DNA from: a virus
DNA length: 31,791 nt
UHGV virus genome: UHGV-1970909
Strand: one strand, 5' to 3'
The position numbers and the translations under genes are program-made. Shown here in pieces: positions 27,090-31,791 of this stretch (positions are counted from its first letter, which is position 1; each line of letters opens with the position of its first letter). The notes beneath the pieces are model-generated. The model made no database searches. It was not told the origin of the DNA and saw only the letters and a program-made list of their open reading frames with translations.

Positions 27090-27311
27090 TCATACGCCCC
27101 GATAATGCTTTGATTTAAGCTCGGCGATTTGCTGACAGGTCACGCAAAAAGCCACGCCCGGAATCGCAATGCGGCGGGCTTCTGGGATTGGTGCGTTGCA
27201 TTCTTCGCAGAAAAAACGAGAAGGCACAGCGATACGGCTGCGCACGTTGTTGATATGGCGCTCGCGCTCGGCTTGTTCGCGCTCCTGTACTCCATCCATA
27301 ACGTCGGCCAT
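27090..27311 (-). CDS. DksA/TraR-family C4 zinc-finger protein, 73 aa
   Basis: CEECNAPIPEARR...CVTCQ four-cysteine motif; directly upstream of A as a small ORF of this kind is in P2. Confidence 0.8.
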   Translation of the reverse strand: MADVMDGVQEREQAERERHINNVRSRIAVPSRFFCEECNAPIPEARRIAIPGVAFCVTCQQIAELKSKHYRGV

Positions 27312-27538
27312 TAGTGCAACTCCTGAGATTCATTTTCAAAGCGGGTGGCTTCACGGCGCAGCAATTCAGCGGCCTCTTTGCCGTTCATACCTTCATTGGT
27401 TATATGGATAGCCAGCGCCTCAAGACGGATTGAAACGGCGAGTGCGCGGTCTTTGCGCTCTTCTTTTTTGGCATCTGTCAGCAGCACGGCCAGCGCGTCA
27501 CTATCAGTATTAAAACTATGGGGTTCGGTATTGCGCAT
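27311..27538 (-). CDS. Hypothetical early-region protein, 75 aa
   Basis: ATG-initiated ORF in the same orientation as the early operon; 1-nt overlap with the downstream gene. Confidence 0.55.
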   Translation of the reverse strand: MRNTEPHSFNTDSDALAVLLTDAKKEERKDRALAVSIRLEALAIHITNEGMNGKEAAELLRREATRFENESQELH

Positions 27539-27607
27539 AACTAACTCTCCTGATTTCGGGCAATAAAATGCCCGGCGGGTTTACGCCAGAAAATTAATTG
27601 TGATTAA

Positions 27608-27808
27608 TTAGCTATAGCCAAATACAACGGCAGGTTTACTTTTTAACTGGCTGATAATTTCAGCTTTCAGGCCATCCTTAAACTCTTTGCAGCACTCCCA
27701 CTCAGGGTCAACCCGAAGTATTGCACCGTCGCGAGTTTTAATTTCAAAACCGTCTTCCATATTCGGAATCATGGCTCCTAAAACAATTCTTAATTCATCG
27801 CGTGACAT
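27608..27808 (-). CDS. Hypothetical early-region protein, about 66 aa (start at MSRDEL)
   Basis: ORF with internal ATG preceded by AAAGG; sits where 186 carries small host-interaction genes (fil/dhr), but no similarity to them is claimed. Confidence 0.45.
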   Translation of the reverse strand: MSRDELRIVLGAMIPNMEDGFEIKTRDGAILRVDPEWECCKEFKDGLKAEIISQLKSKPAVVFGYS

Positions 27809-27968
27809 GTTTAATACCTTTAATAATAAAGTGGACAATACGAACAATTAAAAAGCCTGACGACTTCGGCGGCTTTGTTTCCAGCCCTTTTAATAATTCG
27901 GACTGTGAGCAGCACGGATGCCAGCGCTTGCCATCTTTCCCCGCAATCCAACCGTGGCCGTAATGCAT
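27795..27968 (-). CDS. Possible small early ORF, about 57 aa (uncertain)
   Basis: Fills the gap between cII and the next gene; no convincing Shine-Dalgarno; overlaps neighbours. Confidence 0.25.
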   Translation of the reverse strand: MHYGHGWIAGKDGKRWHPCCSQSELLKGLETKPPKSSGFLIVRIVHFIIKGIKHVTR

Positions 27969-28029
27969 GCCGGGACTTTGCTTAACGAGCAGAGAAGCGA
28001 ATGAAGGTTCATTTTTCAGCACAGGTACC

Positions 28030-28539
28030 TCATACCAAACCGAATGTTGCGCCAATGCCGGTCATGGTGTCGACGACACTCGACATTGCCGGGTTAGCCT
28101 GGAGGCGAGCCTGTAACGCCAGCGCCGACAATGACAGCATGCGAATACCGGCGTTAACGCTTTCAACCATGTTGTGTTTACGAGCAGAGGACAGGCGTTC
28201 ATCAGATGCAGCACCGTTCGCCAGTTCGCCGAGTTCGCTCATTGCGCGCATGACATAGGACTGCAATTTATCTTTAGCCAACTCATTAACCGGCACACAA
28301 GGTAGACAATGGATCTGCGCCAGAAAGCCATCAACGAGGGTTGAGTCTTCGGTCAGATCAGTCAGCAGCCATAACTCAGGCGGTGTGAACTGGTGAGGCT
28401 GTTCCGGGTTAAGTTTGTTACGTAACGTCTGAACATTCATACCCGCACGCTCGGCCAGCTTCGCCATGTTGTGACGCTGCGCGAAAGCCCGGCACGCTTC
28501 GTCATAGTGGGGATGTTTGGAAATTTGAAAATCAAACAT
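28030..28539 (-). CDS. cII: CII-like transcriptional regulator (186 CII family), 169 aa
   Basis: Same length as 186 CII as I recall it; helix-turn-helix segment MAKLAERAGMNVQTLRNKL; position downstream of apl. Confidence 0.78.
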   Translation of the reverse strand: MFDFQISKHPHYDEACRAFAQRHNMAKLAERAGMNVQTLRNKLNPEQPHQFTPPELWLLTDLTEDSTLVDGFLAQIHCLPCVPVNELAKDKLQSYVMRAMSELGELANGAASDERLSSARKHNMVESVNAGIRMLSLSALALQARLQANPAMSSVVDTMTGIGATFGLV

Positions 28540-28574
28540 GTATTTTTCCTCGCTATCTTAAATAATCGAGTTGC

Positions 28575-28799
28575 TCAGGCTGCCACATAGCGGCAATTGA
28601 GACCCTGAGCCAAGAGTCGAGCACGGAAGGCAACCATATTGATACGCGCTGCACCACCGTCTTTTTTACGAGGCATCAGGAGGAGGTCTCCATCAGCAAC
28701 CATCTGTTTTACAGTACGAATGCAGTAGCCGTAGCATTCGGCAAATTCGTCATAAGTCATGAGATCAGCGCCGGGCGGGATTGCAATTTGTGGAGTCAT
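28575..28799 (-). CDS. apl: Apl/Cox-like excisionase and switch repressor, 74 aa
   Basis: Small HTH protein (MTYDEFAECYGYCIRTVKQMV) as first gene of the lytic operon, divergent from cI, as in 186 (Apl) and P2 (Cox). Confidence 0.72.
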   Translation of the reverse strand: MTPQIAIPPGADLMTYDEFAECYGYCIRTVKQMVADGDLLLMPRKKDGGAARINMVAFRARLLAQGLNCRYVAA

Positions 28800-28864
28800 A
28801 AGTAATCATCTCCGGTTATTAGTTGGTTTGGTGCATTGGCGTGCATTTTTAAATTCAAGTGAGA

Positions 28865-28892
28865 ATCTTATCTCGAAAATGCGAGATGTCAA
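28865..28892 (-). promoter_or_regulatory. Candidate lytic promoter pR (minus-strand -35 TTGACA, 16-bp spacer, -10 TAAGAT) with palindromic operator in the spacer
   Basis: Minus strand TTGACA (28887-28892) and TAAGAT (28865-28870); perfect inverted repeat ATCTCG-N6-CGAGAT (28870-28887) lies between them; about 60 bp upstream of apl. Confidence 0.5.
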
Positions 28893-28924
28893 TTTGGATT
28901 TTCGCGATAACTCGGATTTTTAAG

Positions 28925-29503
28925 ATGAAATTGGATGAGTTAGAGGGTGGAAAAGCAGTGCTGCAGCGCATCCTTGATGCGTATGGCTTCACCATGCAAA
29001 AACAACTCGGTGACCTGCATGAGCTGTCATCGGGAACAATTAGCACGTGGGTTAGGCGTAATTTTTTCCCCGGGGATGTTGTTGTTGCATGCGCTTTGGA
29101 TACTGGGGTGTCTTTACGTTGGTTGGCAACAGGGAAGGGGAACAAGTTTGATGCTGACCATACTAATGGCGAAATGAAAACATTAGACCGATTGGATATT
29201 GTTGCAGGTAAGCTGCAGGAAAACGGTCATTGGATTGTTGATGCTAATCTTTTTTCTACTGACGCGACGCACCCTAATTACATAGTAAAAGGCCAGCAGT
29301 CCTGGATAGTTGACTTCGATATGACTGATATAGCAAATGGCCGATGGATGCTCAGTATCGACGGGGATCATGATGTCTATGACGTTGCAAGGATCCCGGG
29401 GAACAGAATAAAAGTCAGCAACGCTGATGCCGATTTTCAATGCTCAGTTTCTGAGGTTAAGTGTATTGGCATGGTGCTGGTAAGCCTGACGAAATCTAGC
29501 TAA
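28925..29503 (+). CDS. cI: CI immunity repressor (186-CI-like), 192 aa
   Basis: Start at MKLDELEGGKAVLQRILDAYGF gives 192 aa, the 186 CI length as I recall it; N-terminal HTH; immediately upstream of int on the same strand. Confidence 0.85.
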   Translation: MKLDELEGGKAVLQRILDAYGFTMQKQLGDLHELSSGTISTWVRRNFFPGDVVVACALDTGVSLRWLATGKGNKFDADHTNGEMKTLDRLDIVAGKLQENGHWIVDANLFSTDATHPNYIVKGQQSWIVDFDMTDIANGRWMLSIDGDHDVYDVARIPGNRIKVSNADADFQCSVSEVKCIGMVLVSLTKSS

Positions 29504-29507
29504 TGAT

Positions 29508-30536
29508 ATGAGTGTTAAAAAACTGACATCGGGTGAATGGCTTTGTGATTTCCGCGTCGACGGGGCTGAAAGTCGCCGCGTGCGTAAGAAGTTTTCAACC
29601 AAAGGTGAAGCCCTTGCCTTCGAGCAGTATTACCGAGAAGAGGCACAAAATAAGCCGTGGATGGGTGAGAAGGAAGACCGTCGACGTTTGAGTGAACTGA
29701 TTGAGCTTTGGCATAACCTCCATGGTCAGTCGCTCGCTGCCAGCAAATCACGATTGGCCAAACTGCACATTGTTTGCCGAGGTCTTGGTGATCCGATAGC
29801 AACCCAGCTTACCGCTAAAGATTTTGCCCATTATCGTGATAAGCGCCTCAAGGGTGAAATCGACAATGGCTATCACGCGAATCCTGAAAAGTGGATTGCG
29901 AAACCCGTCACTGTGAACCGGGAGCAGCAGTACCTTGAGGCCGTTTTCAATGAGCTGAAACGCTTGGGGGAGTGGAGTTTGCCAAATCCTCTCGAAGGTG
30001 TGCGAGTTTTCAAAGAAGCCGAAAAAGAAATGTCCTGGCTTACCCAGCCTCAAATTCGCGAAGTGCTCAACGCGTGTGAATGCTACGGAAAAATTTACTT
30101 AACTCGCATCGTCAAAGTATGCCTTGCGACCGGTGCTCGATGGAGCGAGGCCGAACGCCTTACTCGTTCACAGCTTTCGCCCCATAAGTTGACTTTCACG
30201 AAAACGAAGGGAAAGAAGAATCGTACAGTACCGATCCCTCGCTGGCTGTATGACGAGTTGGCTCCTTTGCAGGGAAAAATGTTCCACCCCTGTTATCAGG
30301 AGTTCAAGAAAATGCTCGCACTGACCGATATTGTGTTGGCTGAAGGGCAGAAGACCCACGTGTTACGCCATACGTTTGCAAGCCATTTTATGATGAATGG
30401 GGGTAACATCTTGGTACTCCAACGGATTCTTGGTCACGCGAACATACGGGAGACGATGCGTTATGCTCACTTTGCACCGGATCATTTAGAGGAAGCTGCT
30501 CAATTGAATCCAATTGCAAAACTTATTACTCATTGA
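29508..30536 (+). CDS. int: Tyrosine integrase, 342 aa
   Basis: C-terminal catalytic signature ...THVLRHTFASHFMMNGGNILVLQRILGHANIRETMRYAHF (H-x-x-R ... Y); downstream of cI. Confidence 0.93.
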   Translation: MSVKKLTSGEWLCDFRVDGAESRRVRKKFSTKGEALAFEQYYREEAQNKPWMGEKEDRRRLSELIELWHNLHGQSLAASKSRLAKLHIVCRGLGDPIATQLTAKDFAHYRDKRLKGEIDNGYHANPEKWIAKPVTVNREQQYLEAVFNELKRLGEWSLPNPLEGVRVFKEAEKEMSWLTQPQIREVLNACECYGKIYLTRIVKVCLATGARWSEAERLTRSQLSPHKLTFTKTKGKKNRTVPIPRWLYDELAPLQGKMFHPCYQEFKKMLALTDIVLAEGQKTHVLRHTFASHFMMNGGNILVLQRILGHANIRETMRYAHFAPDHLEEAAQLNPIAKLITH

Positions 30537-30595
30537 TTTTTTTTCTATGAATGTTTTGCGTGAAGATTCTTGTCCATTATTATTAAGGAGTTTGA

Positions 30596-31600
30596 ATGCC
30601 TACCAATCGTACTAGATACTCATTTTTAAGCCCAATGAGTATCAGTGATAGCGTCAGTGTTTTTTTTGCAGCCCTTGATTTTTTTTCAATCCCTGGACAG
30701 GACAAGGTTAGGAAAACTATAGCTATACCTCAAACCAATAATGGTATTCATCCTCTTCCTGCTGGTTCTTTCATGGATTATATTAAGGCGTTAAATATTT
30801 TGGCTGAGCCTGATCGCCACATGCAAAATATACGAAAGCTACTTAACAAAATGGAAGGTGTAGGTTTGTTAGTACCTATGGGGAACTCTGGGAGTGTATT
30901 TTTCCCAACCAATTATTACTTCTTGAAAGAATTAACTGAGAGAGAAAAGAAAGGTCGATTCTGGTTGTCTGAATGCTTGGGGCCTGAGTATGTGTACAAG
31001 TTTTTTGGTAATTTAATCATACATATCGTAGGCATGACATCAGATGGAGATGAACATGGAGGCACTGGAGTTATTATTAATGATAAACTGGTTTTGACAT
31101 GCAAGCATGTAATCGATGAAATGGTTATCAATGATACTCAATTTATTAATGGTAGTCAGATCAAAGTAGTCAACACGCATACACATAATGAAATTGATGT
31201 TGGAATTATTGAGTTCGAACCAAATAGCTTTATTGTAAATGGGAATGTGTGTTTTGATTCTCCGCACTTAAATGATGATATATATGTTTTAGGCTATCCA
31301 CCAATTCCATATTCAAAAGAAGTTGCGCCAATAATGCAGAAAGGTGAGATTACTAACCCTGAAATTACTACATTGGATAATCATACGGTTTTTCTTTTCT
31401 CTGCTATAGCTAGACCTGGTAATAGTGGAGGTCCAATTATTGCTAGGAATGGCAGGATCCTTGGGATAGTCACGAAAGAGCTATCACTTCAAGAAAGCAA
31501 TAACTTCCCGTTCTTTGCGGGGATTCCAACAAATGAAATAGTAACAGCCCTCTCTGATATGGGGTTTGGAGGGATACTTCCTGTCGAAAATTATCAGTAG
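30596..31600 (+). CDS. Cargo gene: two-domain protein with C-terminal trypsin/chymotrypsin-like serine protease (H171, D201, S277 in GNSGGP) and an unrecognised N-terminal domain, 334 aa
   Basis: AT-rich ORF with a perfect AAGGAG Shine-Dalgarno; motifs TCKHVI, EIDVGIIEF and ARPGNSGGPII in H-D-S order; no signal peptide evident; sits between int and the right integrase arm repeats. Confidence 0.75.
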   Translation: MPTNRTRYSFLSPMSISDSVSVFFAALDFFSIPGQDKVRKTIAIPQTNNGIHPLPAGSFMDYIKALNILAEPDRHMQNIRKLLNKMEGVGLLVPMGNSGSVFFPTNYYFLKELTEREKKGRFWLSECLGPEYVYKFFGNLIIHIVGMTSDGDEHGGTGVIINDKLVLTCKHVIDEMVINDTQFINGSQIKVVNTHTHNEIDVGIIEFEPNSFIVNGNVCFDSPHLNDDIYVLGYPPIPYSKEVAPIMQKGEITNPEITTLDNHTVFLFSAIARPGNSGGPIIARNGRILGIVTKELSLQESNNFPFFAGIPTNEIVTALSDMGFGGILPVENYQ

Positions 31601-31622
31601 TGCTGGAAAACTGTACCATTCG

Positions 31623-31645
31623 ATGTCCACATTATGTCCACGCAG
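31623..31645. promoter_or_regulatory. Integrase arm-type binding sites (two direct copies of ATGTCCAC) at the right end
   Basis: ATGTCCAC at 31623-31630 and 31634-31641, same 8-mer and orientation as at 132-170; about 95 bp from the right att core. Confidence 0.5.
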
Positions 31646-31736
31646 CATGTTTTTGGTTGCACTTGATTGCACTGGAGATACATATAACTAACTGTTTGTA
31701 ATGAAAAATATATGTTTATCAATGGTGTTGGGTAAA

Positions 31737-31750
31737 AGCGTCTTAACTAA
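31737..31750. repeat. Right att core copy (AGCGTCTTAACTAA)
   Basis: Identical to 42-55; an in-frame TAA immediately upstream shows this copy is not preceded by the host ORF, consistent with phage-derived DNA to its left and host DNA to its right. Confidence 0.55.
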
Positions 31751-31791
31751 GATTTCGCTTAAGCGACATCCTGTTAAGAAGGGCTGGCCAA

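Larger units (their letters stand above)
42..31750. mobile_element. Integrated P2/186-family temperate prophage, apparently complete (att core to att core)
   Basis: Syntenic full set of P2-like late genes, cos site, replication gene A, 186-like cII/apl/cI and tyrosine integrase; bounded by a 14-bp direct repeat at 42-55 and 31737-31750 with ATGTCCAC arm repeats inside each end. Confidence 0.88.

Noticed and set aside
28001-28258. 85-aa plus-strand ORF overlapping the cII 3' region
   Set aside because: Antisense to cII and out of keeping with the leftward early operon; no start context.

Overview
The window is essentially one complete integrated P2/186-family (Peduovirus-like) temperate prophage of about 31.7 kb (approx. 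42..31750), lying in reverse orientation relative to the usual P2 map. It is flanked by a 14-bp direct repeat (att core, AGCGTCTTAACTAA) that overlaps the 3' end of a host ORF at the left edge, with P2-type integrase arm repeats (ATGTCCAC) just inside both ends. The GC-rich backbone carries a full late-gene set: ogr, the D-U-T-E/E'-FII-FI tail module with a -1 frameshift site, G/H tail fibre, I-J-W-V baseplate, S-R, spanins, a SAR-type endolysin and holin, X-L-M-N-O head genes, P-Q terminase/portal and a cos site one mismatch from the P2 cos as I recall it. It also carries the rolling-circle replication gene A and a 186-type immunity region (cII, apl, cI, int). Four visibly AT-rich cargo genes sit at variable loci: a hexapeptide-repeat acetyltransferase (Z/fun slot), a 3-TM membrane protein (orf30 slot between V and S), a zinc-ribbon/HEPN (R-x4-H) protein between cos and A next to a LexA-box-controlled small ORF, and a two-domain trypsin-like serine protease between int and the right att site. 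The HEPN protein and the protease are the strongest candidates for uncharacterised phage-borne defence or exclusion functions. All homology statements come from reading the translations and from memory of P2/186; nothing was searched or computed beyond manual inspection.
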